Positions 1 to 8,984 of a stretch of DNA of 64,000 nt are shown here, piece after piece. This stretch comes from an uncultured Pelagibacteraceae bacterium. Lineage in GTDB: Bacteria; Pseudomonadota; Alphaproteobacteria; Pelagibacterales; AG-422-B15. Under the pieces are notes generated by a model, which worked only from the letters and a program-made list of their open reading frames with translations, was not told where the DNA came from and ran no database searches. Numbering within the stretch: the first letter of the stretch is position 1; each line of letters opens with the position of its first letter. Both the position numbers and the translations under genes were made by a program. The stretch covers positions 160,034-224,033 of the forward strand of contig CACCCN010000001.1 of assembly GCA_902544525.1 (NCBI GenBank), written 5' to 3'.

Positions 1-72
1 ACTAATAAGAGGGTCACTCCATGACATTTCCTGTTTATAGTTTTCAGGATTATTTTTTATGTTAAAGACCAT
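1..72 (-). CDS. 5' fragment of a CDS running off the left edge (MVFNIKNNPENYKQEMSWSDPLIS...), product unknown
   Basis: ATG at 72-70 opens a frame with no stop to position 1, divergent from the 127 ORF. 'WSDPL' faintly recalls acyl-CoA dehydrogenase N-termini, but the fragment is too short to call. Confidence 0.35.
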   Translation of the reverse strand, partial: MVFNIKNNPENYKQEMSWSDPLIS

Positions 73-126
73 ATATATAAGCTATATATGATATATATTG
101 TAAAAATGAAGTAAATAAAATTAAAA

Positions 127-885
127 ATGTATACACCTACTAAGCCAATAGTTGCCCTTTTTGCTGATATAATTACTAAGCCAGAGGATAAAAGGATCTA
201 CCATGGATCAGGTGCAAACTATATCAATGCTTTAGCAACTGCTACTAATTGTGCGCCAATATTATTGCCAGCATTACCAGAGATTAATAATTATAAAAAA
301 ATACTTGATAGTGTCGATGGTGTATTGCTGACTGGAAGCCTATCAAATGTTCACCCAGGATTTTATGATAAAGATAAGTTAGTAGAACCAACTGACTTGG
401 CTAGAGATCGAACTGTTTTACCTTTAATTGACCATATATTTAATAAAGAAATTCCAATGTTAGGGATATGCAGAGGTTTTCAAGAAATTAATGTAGCGAT
501 GGGTGGTTCATTACATGCAGATATTCATGATGTACCTGGTCGGATGGATCATAGAGCCTCAAAAGATAGTGATGTTGAAAATCAGTATGATAAGCAGCAC
601 GAAGTTTACCTTACTGCTAATGGTAAATTAGAAAAAATTGCTGAAGTTAATACGCTTGAAGTAAATTCTCTTCACACCCAAGGTATTGATCAACTTGGTA
701 AATCTTTGTTTGTTGAAGCTGTAGCTAAGGACGACACAATTGAGGCTATATCACTTGAAAATTACAATGGATTTTTTCATGCAGTACAGTGGCATCCTGA
801 AACAAGCGTTAGTTCTGATGATTTTTCTAAAAAGCTTTTTTCACACTTCAATGACGCTGTTGAAAATAGGAAACTTAATAGATAG
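127..885 (+). CDS. Gamma-glutamyl-gamma-aminobutyrate hydrolase family (peptidase C26, PuuD-like class I glutamine amidotransferase)
   Basis: GVLLTGSLSNVHP, LGICRGFQE (catalytic Cys), VNSLHTQG, VQWHPE (His-Glu). Confidence 0.88.
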   Translation: MYTPTKPIVALFADIITKPEDKRIYHGSGANYINALATATNCAPILLPALPEINNYKKILDSVDGVLLTGSLSNVHPGFYDKDKLVEPTDLARDRTVLPLIDHIFNKEIPMLGICRGFQEINVAMGGSLHADIHDVPGRMDHRASKDSDVENQYDKQHEVYLTANGKLEKIAEVNTLEVNSLHTQGIDQLGKSLFVEAVAKDDTIEAISLENYNGFFHAVQWHPETSVSSDDFSKKLFSHFNDAVENRKLNR

Positions 886-889
886 TTAT

Positions 890-1888
890 TTATTTTATAG
901 AATTACGATTTTTTACTATTTGTTCTGCCATCTTTATTGCTTCAGCTAAACTATTTTCATTAGCTATAAATTTCGCAGCGATATCAAATCCTGTACCATG
1001 ATCTGGACTAGTTCTTATTATATTTAAACCTGCAGTAAAATTTATGGTATTATAAAAATCTATTGTTTTAATAGGAATTAAAGCTTGATCATGATACATG
1101 CACAATACTGCATCATAAGTTTTTAAATTTTTTTGAGTAAAAGCAGTATCTGCTGATATTGGACCATAAACATGCATATTTTTTCTTAAATTATTTATCG
1201 TAGGTTCAATAATTTTTTTTTCTTCTTGTCCAATTTGGCCATCTTCTCCTGCATGAGGATTTAATCCAGTAACTAAAATCTTTGGTCTTTTTATTTTAAA
1301 GTCTTCCTTTAACGATTTATTAATTGATTTTAAAGCTTCACTTAGATTATTTTTGTTTATTGATTTGCTTACATCTTTCAGAGCGATATGAATAGTCAAA
1401 GGAATTACTTTTATTTTTTTATTGATGAGCATCATAGAAAAATTCTTTGATCGAGTCTTTGCTGCTAAGTACTCTGTATGTCCTCTAAAGTTTTTAATAT
1501 GATAATTTATAATATTTTTTGCAATTGGATTTGTTACAATAGCTGATGCTTTATTTTTTTTGACAAAGTTTAATGCTAAGTTAATTGACTCAATTATCAG
1601 TTTTGCATTTTGCTTTTTTGGCTTTCCAAGTTGGGTTTTTTTAATTGAACTTAATTGATATATAGGAAGGGATTTTTTATATAAGTTGTGTGCTTGTGAA
1701 GGGTCTTCTATTCTAATAAGGGGAATATCAATTTTCATTTTTCTAGCTACTGAATTTACAAATTCTAAGTCATGGATTAAGAAAAATGGCTGCTTTATTT
1801 TTCCACTTTTCCAGGCTTTAAGTGTGATTTCAGTGCCTATTCCAGATGGGTCTCCCATCGTTATCGCTATTGGATTAATTTTGTTCAT
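890..1888 (-). CDS. pdxA: 4-hydroxythreonine-4-phosphate dehydrogenase
   Basis: ITMGDPSGIG, GHTEYLA, GLNPHAGE, MYHDQALIPIK, RTSPDHGTGFDIA. Confidence 0.95.
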   Translation of the reverse strand: MNKINPIAITMGDPSGIGTEITLKAWKSGKIKQPFFLIHDLEFVNSVARKMKIDIPLIRIEDPSQAHNLYKKSLPIYQLSSIKKTQLGKPKKQNAKLIIESINLALNFVKKNKASAIVTNPIAKNIINYHIKNFRGHTEYLAAKTRSKNFSMMLINKKIKVIPLTIHIALKDVSKSINKNNLSEALKSINKSLKEDFKIKRPKILVTGLNPHAGEDGQIGQEEKKIIEPTINNLRKNMHVYGPISADTAFTQKNLKTYDAVLCMYHDQALIPIKTIDFYNTINFTAGLNIIRTSPDHGTGFDIAAKFIANENSLAEAIKMAEQIVKNRNSIK

Positions 1889-1894
1889 TATTAA

Positions 1895-2497
1895 TTAAAA
1901 AATACCAAATATTTTTTTATTAAACTGGCTTCTGCATTGATCAAGCTGCTGCTGATATTTTTTTGCTCTGCTGCTAACTTTAGTTGCAGTTGCTACTAGC
2001 CAGTCTTTGTCTTTATAAGATTTAGATTTATATCCTCCATGGCCTTCATGATAAGCTAAGTACTGATTATAGGCGTCAGTTTTTTTAATTCCATTTATTT
2101 TATTTGTTTTATTAATATACCATCCAGTAAAATCTACGGCATCTGCAAAATTTACTCTCGATGCTAATGGATTTTTTGTTTCTTTCTTATACCAGTCCCA
2201 TGTCCCATCAACTGCCTGTGTATAGCCGAATGCGCTGGTTTTTCTTTTCCAAGGAACAATTCCAAATAATTTTGTTCTTTCTGGTTTTGCTCTATTTTGG
2301 AAAGCAGATTCCTGTCTAAGGATTGACATTTGAACGTGTATAGGGGCGCCCCATTTTTCCTCTGATTTATTAGTAAGTCTATACCAAGAAGACTTCTCTT
2401 TAAAGATTGTACAAATATTTTCTTGTTGCTGAGGTGGTTTGCTTGCACAGTTTACAAGAAACACTGTTGATAAAAAAATTAATAAAATAAATCTCAT
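1895..2497 (-). CDS. Lipoprotein with transglycosylase SLT-like domain
   Basis: Lipobox LVNC after a hydrophobic signal; QES catalytic motif, SAFGYTQA..GTW, YLAYHEGHGGY. Confidence 0.8.
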   Translation of the reverse strand: MRFILLIFLSTVFLVNCASKPPQQQENICTIFKEKSSWYRLTNKSEEKWGAPIHVQMSILRQESAFQNRAKPERTKLFGIVPWKRKTSAFGYTQAVDGTWDWYKKETKNPLASRVNFADAVDFTGWYINKTNKINGIKKTDAYNQYLAYHEGHGGYKSKSYKDKDWLVATATKVSSRAKKYQQQLDQCRSQFNKKIFGIF

Positions 2498-2547
2498 ATT
2501 TTACGTTTACTTCATTTAATATTAATCATACCTTTCACAAGTCTCAA

Positions 2548-3456
2548 ATGAAACCTCTATTTAAACCAGATTTGTTAAGTTGGCTATGTCTCATTACATT
2601 AGCAATAATTTGGGGAGTTAACTTTATCTTTATAAAAATCAGTGTTGAAGACGTTGGTGCTACAAATAATGTTTTTTTTAGACTTCTGTTAGCTGCATTA
2701 GTTTTATCAACTTACTTACGAAGTACTGGAAAAAAATTGCCCCTATCAAAGTACAACGTCTTGTTTTATTTAATTTTAGGTTTTTTAGGCTTAGCACTTC
2801 CATTTTTTTTAATTTCCTCAGCAGAAATTTACATTGATTCTGGACTTGCTGGATTATTAATGTCACCCATGCCTCTTATTACACTAAGCTTATCAGCACT
2901 AATTTTAAAAGATGAGGTAATTAATAGAAGAAAAATCCTTGCATTTGTTATTGCATTTTTAGGTTTGATTGTTCTATTTGGTCCAAAAAATCTTTTGGCT
3001 TTAGGTGGTAGTAATAAAATTGAATTTATAAGTCAAATTTTAGTTTTAATAGCAGCCTTCTGTTATGGAACGAATGCTGTACTATCCAAGCTAGCACCAA
3101 AAATAGACGCATCTGCAATGGCAACCGGTGTTTCTATTGGCAGTCTTTTTTTTATTACTCCTTTTGCTTTGTTTTATGAGCCATTCTACTTAGTTAATTT
3201 TACTAATGATGCAATCTTGGCAATTATAATTCAAGGTGTCTTTGGAACTGCTATTGCAAGTATTTTATTTTTTAAAATCATCGAGCTTAAGGGGCCTGTT
3301 TTTTTATCATTAATTAATTTTATGATACCTCCTGTTGCATTCTTCGCTGGTGTGTTATTTTTAAATGAGCAAATAAAAATTAACGCATTACTAGCATTAC
3401 TGATGATCTTAGGTGCTCTTTATATAAACTATAGATCGTCTGATAATATTGATTAG
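2548..3456 (+). CDS. DMT/EamA family permease
   Basis: About 10 hydrophobic helices, IIWGVNFIFIKI, two EamA repeats. Confidence 0.88.
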   Translation: MKPLFKPDLLSWLCLITLAIIWGVNFIFIKISVEDVGATNNVFFRLLLAALVLSTYLRSTGKKLPLSKYNVLFYLILGFLGLALPFFLISSAEIYIDSGLAGLLMSPMPLITLSLSALILKDEVINRRKILAFVIAFLGLIVLFGPKNLLALGGSNKIEFISQILVLIAAFCYGTNAVLSKLAPKIDASAMATGVSIGSLFFITPFALFYEPFYLVNFTNDAILAIIIQGVFGTAIASILFFKIIELKGPVFLSLINFMIPPVAFFAGVLFLNEQIKINALLALLMILGALYINYRSSDNID

Positions 3457-3469
3457 TTTCTGATTATAT

Positions 3470-4735
3470 CTAATCAACAACTAATAATGTATCTATATTT
3501 GTAGTATAGCTTGGAGAACATTTTTCTTTTTTTTGAGTCCATGTTCCCAAGTGTTGTTCTGAAGCAACTTTAATAGTATCTCCACCAAAACGGTTGTTAA
3601 TACTATCTATGGTTTCCATTAAGTTATCCCTTATTTTGTAATTTGTTGAAAATAAATCTACTGGCTCTTCCCCTTCATTATAAAAACCTGAAAGTAAAAC
3701 TCCTGCTTTTTGATAGAGGTAGCCAAGTTTAAATATCTGACTGGTTATTCTTGATGCAGCCTTTACAATTTCAATTGTATCATTGGTAGACACAGATAAG
3801 TGAATAGAAGATGAATTAAAATAATACTTATTTTTTTTATCAAATGGACTAGTTCTTAAAAACACCGAGACATTTGACGCAAGTAATTTTTCAGATCTAA
3901 TACGCTCTGCAGCTCTTCGTGAAAATATTGCTACTGCCTGCTGAATATCTTCTAATTCCTGTAAGCTTCGCCCGAAAGATCTTGAAGTACAGCAGCTTTT
4001 TCTAGTTGCTCGAACTTCTTCTAACGGCAAGCATGATACTCCTCTTAGCTCTGTAACAGTTTTAAGGCCATTAATACTCATCATTTTTCTAATTCTATAA
4101 TCTTCAATGTTTTTTAATTGCTGCACATTGTAGATACCATGCATATTTAGTTTTTTTGAAAGCTGCCTACCTATTCCCCAAACTTCTCCTACTGCAACAG
4201 ATGATAAAAGTTTATCAATATTCTTAAATTTTAATAATGAGCATACTCCGAGAAAAGAGATATCATCTTTTGCAATATGATTTGCAACTTTTGCTAATGT
4301 TTTTGTGTTTGCAATACCAATACTTACAGGAATTCCTGTATGCTGTAATACAGTTTTTCTTATTTTGTGACCATATTTCTCAATATCGCCTGGCACACCA
4401 TCCAGTCCTATAAATGCCTCATCTATAGAATAGATCTCTATATCATTAGTAAATTCAGCAATGATATTCATTACTCTTCGAGACATATCTCCATACAGAG
4501 TATAATTAGATGAAAATACATGAACTTTTTCTTTTTTAATGATATCTCTAACTTTAAATAATGGCACTCCCATTTTTATACCAAGAGCTTTTGCTTCTTT
4601 AGACCTTGCAATTATACAACCATCATTATTTGATAATGCAACAACTGGTTGATTATTTAATTTTGGATTAAAAACTCTTTCACATGAAACATAGAAAGCA
4701 TTACAATCAATTAATGCAAATACTTTATTCTTCAT
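3470..4735 (-). CDS. umuC: Y-family DNA polymerase V catalytic subunit
   Basis: ALIDCNAFYVSCER, LSNNDGC, SSNYTLYGDMS, YSIDEAF, C-terminal SPSYTT. Start moved to the ATG at 4735 (MKNKVFAL), just after the umuD stop. Confidence 0.93.
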   Translation of the reverse strand: MKNKVFALIDCNAFYVSCERVFNPKLNNQPVVALSNNDGCIIARSKEAKALGIKMGVPLFKVRDIIKKEKVHVFSSNYTLYGDMSRRVMNIIAEFTNDIEIYSIDEAFIGLDGVPGDIEKYGHKIRKTVLQHTGIPVSIGIANTKTLAKVANHIAKDDISFLGVCSLLKFKNIDKLLSSVAVGEVWGIGRQLSKKLNMHGIYNVQQLKNIEDYRIRKMMSINGLKTVTELRGVSCLPLEEVRATRKSCCTSRSFGRSLQELEDIQQAVAIFSRRAAERIRSEKLLASNVSVFLRTSPFDKKNKYYFNSSSIHLSVSTNDTIEIVKAASRITSQIFKLGYLYQKAGVLLSGFYNEGEEPVDLFSTNYKIRDNLMETIDSINNRFGGDTIKVASEQHLGTWTQKKEKCSPSYTTNIDTLLVVD

Positions 4736-4736
4736 T

Positions 4737-5129
4737 TTATTTTTTATATAGCTTATGAATAGAGTGGATGCACACACCCCAAATAATTAGATCCATTTCT
4801 TCTGAGACATGAACGCTCGAATAATCATGATTAGCTGAAAGTAAGGTAATTTTGTCTTTCTTTAATTCTAAAATTTTAATACTAAGCTCGCCATCAAGGA
4901 CAGCTACTACTATAGATCCATTAATTGGTTTTATGCTTCGATCAACTATAATTAAGTCACCTGGATAGATGCCGGCATTGATCATTGATTTACCACGAGC
5001 CCTTACAATAAATGTCGCATTTGGATGTAAGATCAATTTTTCGTTTAGATCAATTGAGCCTTCTGTGTAATCTCTGGCTGGAGAAGGAAATCCACATTCA
5101 ACCCCCTCTTTATAAAAGGTTAATTTCAT
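4737..5129 (-). CDS. umuD: DNA polymerase V accessory subunit (S24 autopeptidase)
   Basis: Cleavage motif CGFPSPA, catalytic Ser in GKSM and Lys in SIK; directly upstream of umuC. Confidence 0.92.
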   Translation of the reverse strand: MKLTFYKEGVECGFPSPARDYTEGSIDLNEKLILHPNATFIVRARGKSMINAGIYPGDLIIVDRSIKPINGSIVVAVLDGELSIKILELKKDKITLLSANHDYSSVHVSEEMDLIIWGVCIHSIHKLYKK

Positions 5130-5146
5130 TGTATAAATTCAATTTT

Positions 5147-5161
5147 GTTCTTGTTTTGTTC
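5147..5161. promoter_or_regulatory. Alphaproteobacterial LexA (SOS) box GTTC-N7-GTTC
   Basis: GTTCttgttttGTTC, 17 nt upstream of the umuD ATG and overlapping the predicted transcription start. Confidence 0.85.
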
Positions 5162-5163
5162 TA

Positions 5164-5192
5164 ATTATTGCACTACTAAGATTTAGAGTCAA
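5164..5192 (-). promoter_or_regulatory. Predicted sigma70 promoter of umuDC
   Basis: Minus strand TTGACT (5192-5187), 17 nt spacer, AATAAT (5169-5164). Confidence 0.6.
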
Positions 5193-5214
5193 CTCTTAAA
5201 AGGCAAAAAATTTA

Positions 5215-6162
5215 TTAGGAAAGAAATTGTTTCTTAAAAAAAGAAACTACATCTGCATGGGACTGTCTTCGTGCTTCCCAATTTCCACCCGCATGGGCTC
5301 CTAAGATATCAGATGTTTCTTGAAGAAGTTTCATTCGACCTTCTTTTTCATCAATATTGATAACTGTGTTATTATCTGTTGTGAATGTAAGGTTGCCTGT
5401 CTCATTAATTATAGCAAATTCTTCTTTAAGTTTAATAGCGTTAGGGATGAATTCGATAGGCTCGATAGAGTCAAAAGAATGGTGCGCATTGGGATAAATT
5501 GTTAGTCCGATGTTAGGTTTTGCTGGTTTAATATATTCTAATATTTTTTCGACTAGTCTAGTTGGAGTATAGTCATCGTCACGGCCACACAAAATATGCA
5601 TTGGTGCATCAGACCATTCATTAATATTTGGCTTAATATGAGCTCCTGGGTAAAGGGGTAAATGCGCAGAAAATTTTTCATCTCCTTGCGTCAGTGCTTT
5701 AATTATTGGTTCCCATGCTGAATAAAAAGCAGTGCTACCACCAAGACTCCAACCCATAATACCAATTTTATTTGAGTCAATGTCTGGATGTTGTGAAATA
5801 AGCGACAGACCTCGAAAAGCATCTGTAATCATAGTAGCAAGAGTTACGGCCATTTGATTTTCAACTATAGAAATTATTCCACGAGACTCAAAACTATGAA
5901 TCCTAAATACAGCAATTCCTGCTTCTAATAAATTTACAATATGATCATGATGATTGCCCCTTAGACCTGCACTACCGTGAATTGGTATAACCAGTGGGCA
6001 AGGGGGTTTAGAATTTTCAGGCAGTATTAGTGTACCAAATATTTCTTCTTTAGGCTCAAGATCAATATTATTTAAGATGTGATAAAATTCAAATGGGCTT
6101 GAAGATTTAAAGAAATAAACTCCAGACTTTTTATTCTTAAATTTATGACTTAGATCCTCCAT
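5215..6162 (-). CDS. Dienelactone hydrolase-like alpha/beta hydrolase
   Basis: IHGSAG, nucleophile elbow GWSLGG, GRDDDYTP (Asp), YPNAHHSFD (His). Confidence 0.8.
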   Translation of the reverse strand: MEDLSHKFKNKKSGVYFFKSSSPFEFYHILNNIDLEPKEEIFGTLILPENSKPPCPLVIPIHGSAGLRGNHHDHIVNLLEAGIAVFRIHSFESRGIISIVENQMAVTLATMITDAFRGLSLISQHPDIDSNKIGIMGWSLGGSTAFYSAWEPIIKALTQGDEKFSAHLPLYPGAHIKPNINEWSDAPMHILCGRDDDYTPTRLVEKILEYIKPAKPNIGLTIYPNAHHSFDSIEPIEFIPNAIKLKEEFAIINETGNLTFTTDNNTVINIDEKEGRMKLLQETSDILGAHAGGNWEARRQSHADVVSFFKKQFLS

Positions 6163-6202
6163 AAGCGGAGCACTCTAATAGTAAATATGAAATATTCCAA
6201 AC

Positions 6203-6239
6203 AAAAAATGGGCTTGCGATAATTGATGCGCAAGCCCAT
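6203..6239 (-). terminator. Intrinsic terminator downstream of amtB (6263-7543)
   Basis: Perfect 11-bp stem ATGGGCTTGCG (6208-6218) / CGCAAGCCCAT (6229-6239), 10-nt loop, followed by a T-run on the minus strand. Confidence 0.85.
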
Positions 6240-6262
6240 AGGAATTAATTTATAACTGATAG

Positions 6263-7543
6263 CTAATCTCTAATTGAGTAAGCAATTACTCCAACTTCAG
6301 CTTTGTCAGTTCCAATTTTTTCTGCATCCTCACTAATTCGCAGTCCAATAGTACTTTTGATAATTGAAATGGCTATATATGATGAAACAAATACAAAAGC
6401 TATAACAGAAGCAACCCCAATAAATTGGGTTACATATGAAGCATCTGGGTTTGAAAGTGGAACTACCATAGTTCCCCAAATTCCAGCGAACATATGTACT
6501 GGAATAGCACCAACTACATCATCAAGTTTCAATGAGTTAAGAAAATTTGTACCAAAATACATAATTACTCCACCGATGGCACCAATGAAAATTGCCGCTA
6601 AAGGACTTGGCATTAATGGCTCGGCTGTAATAGAAACTAATCCAGCTAGTGCTCCATTTAACATCATAATAATATCAGTTTTACCACCTATGACTCGAGT
6701 AATGACAGCACCAGCTATACAACCACCACAACCCGCTAGTTGCGTGTTCATAAAGATTCTTGACATAGCTGTAGAGTCTTCAAAAGAACCAAGGGCTAAT
6801 TGAGATCCTCCGTTAAATCCATACCAACCCATCCATAAAATAAATGTACCGAGAGTTACAAGTGGGATCGAAGAGGCTGCAAATGGCTCCATATTTGCTG
6901 GACTACCATCACTAGAAAATCTTCCAATTCTTGGTCCTAAAAGAATAATTCCAGCAAGAGCTGCTGCACCACCACAAGCATGAACTAAAGTTGATCCAGC
7001 AAAGTCAGCGAATCCAAGGGCGTCTAACCAACCTCCACCCCATTCCCAACCCATTTGAATAGGATATATAACGCCCCCTAGTATTGCTGAGAATATAAAG
7101 AAGGGCCAAATTTTAATTCTCTCAGCAACTGCGCCTGACACAATTGATGCAGTTGCACAAACGAATAGTGCTTGAAAAAACCAATCCGAAGCATCTGAAT
7201 ATCCTGTTTCAATTGAAGAAGAGTCAGACCATATTTCTATAGTACCTATATATCCTCCTTCAGGAATTCCATAGCCTAAGTTGTATCCAATTAAATAAAA
7301 AACAATACAAACAATTGCAAATTTACCAATATTCTTTGCGGCAATAGTAGAAACACTTCTAGTTGTAACTAAACCAGATTCAAGCATACAGAATCCTGCA
7401 GCCATCCACATCACTAAAAATCCACAGACTAAAAATGAAAATGTATTAAAAATATATGCTATCTCTGCATCTACTTCAGCAAAAGCAACTGGAACAAATA
7501 GCGATGAAAATAAAATTGTTAAAAAAATAATACGATTAAACAT
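6263..7543 (-). CDS. amtB: Ammonium transporter (Amt/Mep), copy 1
   Basis: Signal peptide, DFAGSTLVH, GWYGFNGGS, DDVVGAIPVH (twin His); SD GGGGAG at 7554-7549. Confidence 0.95.
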   Translation of the reverse strand: MFNRIIFLTILFSSLFVPVAFAEVDAEIAYIFNTFSFLVCGFLVMWMAAGFCMLESGLVTTRSVSTIAAKNIGKFAIVCIVFYLIGYNLGYGIPEGGYIGTIEIWSDSSSIETGYSDASDWFFQALFVCATASIVSGAVAERIKIWPFFIFSAILGGVIYPIQMGWEWGGGWLDALGFADFAGSTLVHACGGAAALAGIILLGPRIGRFSSDGSPANMEPFAASSIPLVTLGTFILWMGWYGFNGGSQLALGSFEDSTAMSRIFMNTQLAGCGGCIAGAVITRVIGGKTDIIMMLNGALAGLVSITAEPLMPSPLAAIFIGAIGGVIMYFGTNFLNSLKLDDVVGAIPVHMFAGIWGTMVVPLSNPDASYVTQFIGVASVIAFVFVSSYIAISIIKSTIGLRISEDAEKIGTDKAEVGVIAYSIRD

Positions 7544-7580
7544 AAGATCTCCCCTTAAGTAATTTTAAGAACTAAAATAT

Positions 7581-7607
7581 AGATATAATTTGTAGTAAGA
7601 TATAATT
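7581..7607. repeat. 10-bp direct repeat AGATATAATT x2 (7581-7590, 7598-7607), possible regulator site
   Basis: Exact repeat with a 17-nt period, overlapping a possible minus-strand promoter TTGTCA(7618-7613)-N18-TACAAA(7594-7589). Confidence 0.35.
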
Positions 7608-7657
7608 ATCTATGACAAATTAAATTGTGTAACAAAAGTTGGGGATATCTTTTACTT

Positions 7658-7698
7658 AGCAGGCCCCAAATAAATTAAGGGGAGTATTGAGGCCTGCT
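7658..7698 (-). promoter_or_regulatory. GC-rich stem-loop with an anti-Shine-Dalgarno loop in the amtB-amtB intergenic region
   Basis: Minus-strand RNA AGCAGGCCUCAA-[UACUCCCCUUAAUUUAU]-UUGGGGCCUGCU: 12-bp stem with one G-U wobble, no U-tract after it. Confidence 0.7.
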
Positions 7699-7715
7699 GT
7701 TTATTAACGGAAGGG

Positions 7716-8984
7716 TTAGTCTCTTATTGAGTAGGCAGTTACTCCTGTTTCAACAATATCTGTACCTTCTTTTTGAGCTTCATCACTTAGTCTTATACCT
7801 ATAGTCATATTCATAATCGTCCATACGATATAAGATACTACAAAGACAAAGACACAAACTGATGCTGTACCCAAAAACTGTGCTCCAAAATTGGTATCAC
7901 CATTGGATAGAGGCACAACTAATGTACCAAGTATGCCAGCAAACAAGTGAACTGGCACTGCACCAACGACATCATCAATTTTTAAGTTATTTAACAACTC
8001 AGTTCCGAACACAACTACTACACCACCAGCTGCACCAATCATGATTGCAAGCCCTGGTGTAGGTGCTAGTGGTTCAGCGGTAATGGCAACTAGACCTCCT
8101 AGTGCACCATTTAACATCATTACAACGTCTGTTTTACCTTTCCACAATCTTGTGATTACAGCAGCAGTAATAACACCACCTGCGGCAGCTAAGTTAGTAT
8201 TGATATAGATAGTTCCAACGGCATTAACATCATCAAATGTTCCCATTGCAAGTTGTGATCCACCATTAAATCCAAACCATCCAAACCACAGTATAAATGT
8301 GCCGGCGGTTGCTAATGGAATTGAAGAACTTGCAAATGGTACTAATTTACCATTGTCATATCTACCAAGTCGTGGACCAAGAACAATAGCTCCAGCAAGA
8401 GCAGCAGCTCCGCCAGCGCCATGAACAAGAGTAGATCCAGCAAAGTCAGAAAAACCGGCAGCAGATAACCATCCACCACCCCATTGCCAACCCATTTCGA
8501 TTGGATAGATAATTCCAGTTAATATTGCTGCAAATAAAAAGAATGGCCAAATTTTGATTCTTTCAGCTAAGGTTCCAGAAACAATAGATGCAGTAGCGGC
8601 ACAGAATACCATTTGGAAGAACCAGTCAGAGCTCGCAGAATATCCATCCGATAATGCGGAACCATCAGACCACATTGTAAAGCTTCCTATATAGCCTCCT
8701 TCAGGAATACCATAAGCTAGGTTATAGCCAACCAGCATAAACATTATTCCTGATATTGAGTACAAGCCAATATTTTTTGCTGCAATAGCAGAAACACTTT
8801 TTGAAGTAACCATCCCAGACTCAAGTAAACAAAAGCCAAGAGCCATTAACATCACTAGGAAACCAGATACTAAGAATAGAAAACTATTTAAAATATAAGC
8901 AGTTTCTTCCTCAACTCCTGCAAAAGCAGATGAGAACGCTAGAGATGAAAAAAGAATAGTTAAAGGTAAGATTTTTTTTAACAT
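7716..8984 (-). CDS. amtB: Ammonium transporter (Amt/Mep), copy 2
   Basis: Same motifs as copy 1 (DFAGSTLVH, DDVVGAVPVH, C-terminal AYSIRD). Start moved to the ATG at 8984 (MLKKILPL), with SD GGAG at 8994-8991. Confidence 0.95.
   Translation of the reverse strand: MLKKILPLTILFSSLAFSSAFAGVEEETAYILNSFLFLVSGFLVMLMALGFCLLESGMVTSKSVSAIAAKNIGLYSISGIMFMLVGYNLAYGIPEGGYIGSFTMWSDGSALSDGYSASSDWFFQMVFCAATASIVSGTLAERIKIWPFFLFAAILTGIIYPIEMGWQWGGGWLSAAGFSDFAGSTLVHGAGGAAALAGAIVLGPRLGRYDNGKLVPFASSSIPLATAGTFILWFGWFGFNGGSQLAMGTFDDVNAVGTIYINTNLAAAGGVITAAVITRLWKGKTDVVMMLNGALGGLVAITAEPLAPTPGLAIMIGAAGGVVVVFGTELLNNLKIDDVVGAVPVHLFAGILGTLVVPLSNGDTNFGAQFLGTASVCVFVFVVSYIVWTIMNMTIGIRLSDEAQKEGTDIVETGVTAYSIRD

Noticed and set aside
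6303-6803. 166-aa plus-strand ORF and the other short overlapping ORFs in the track
   Set aside because: They lie inside well-supported genes, on the opposite strand or in another frame, and have no recognisable motifs.
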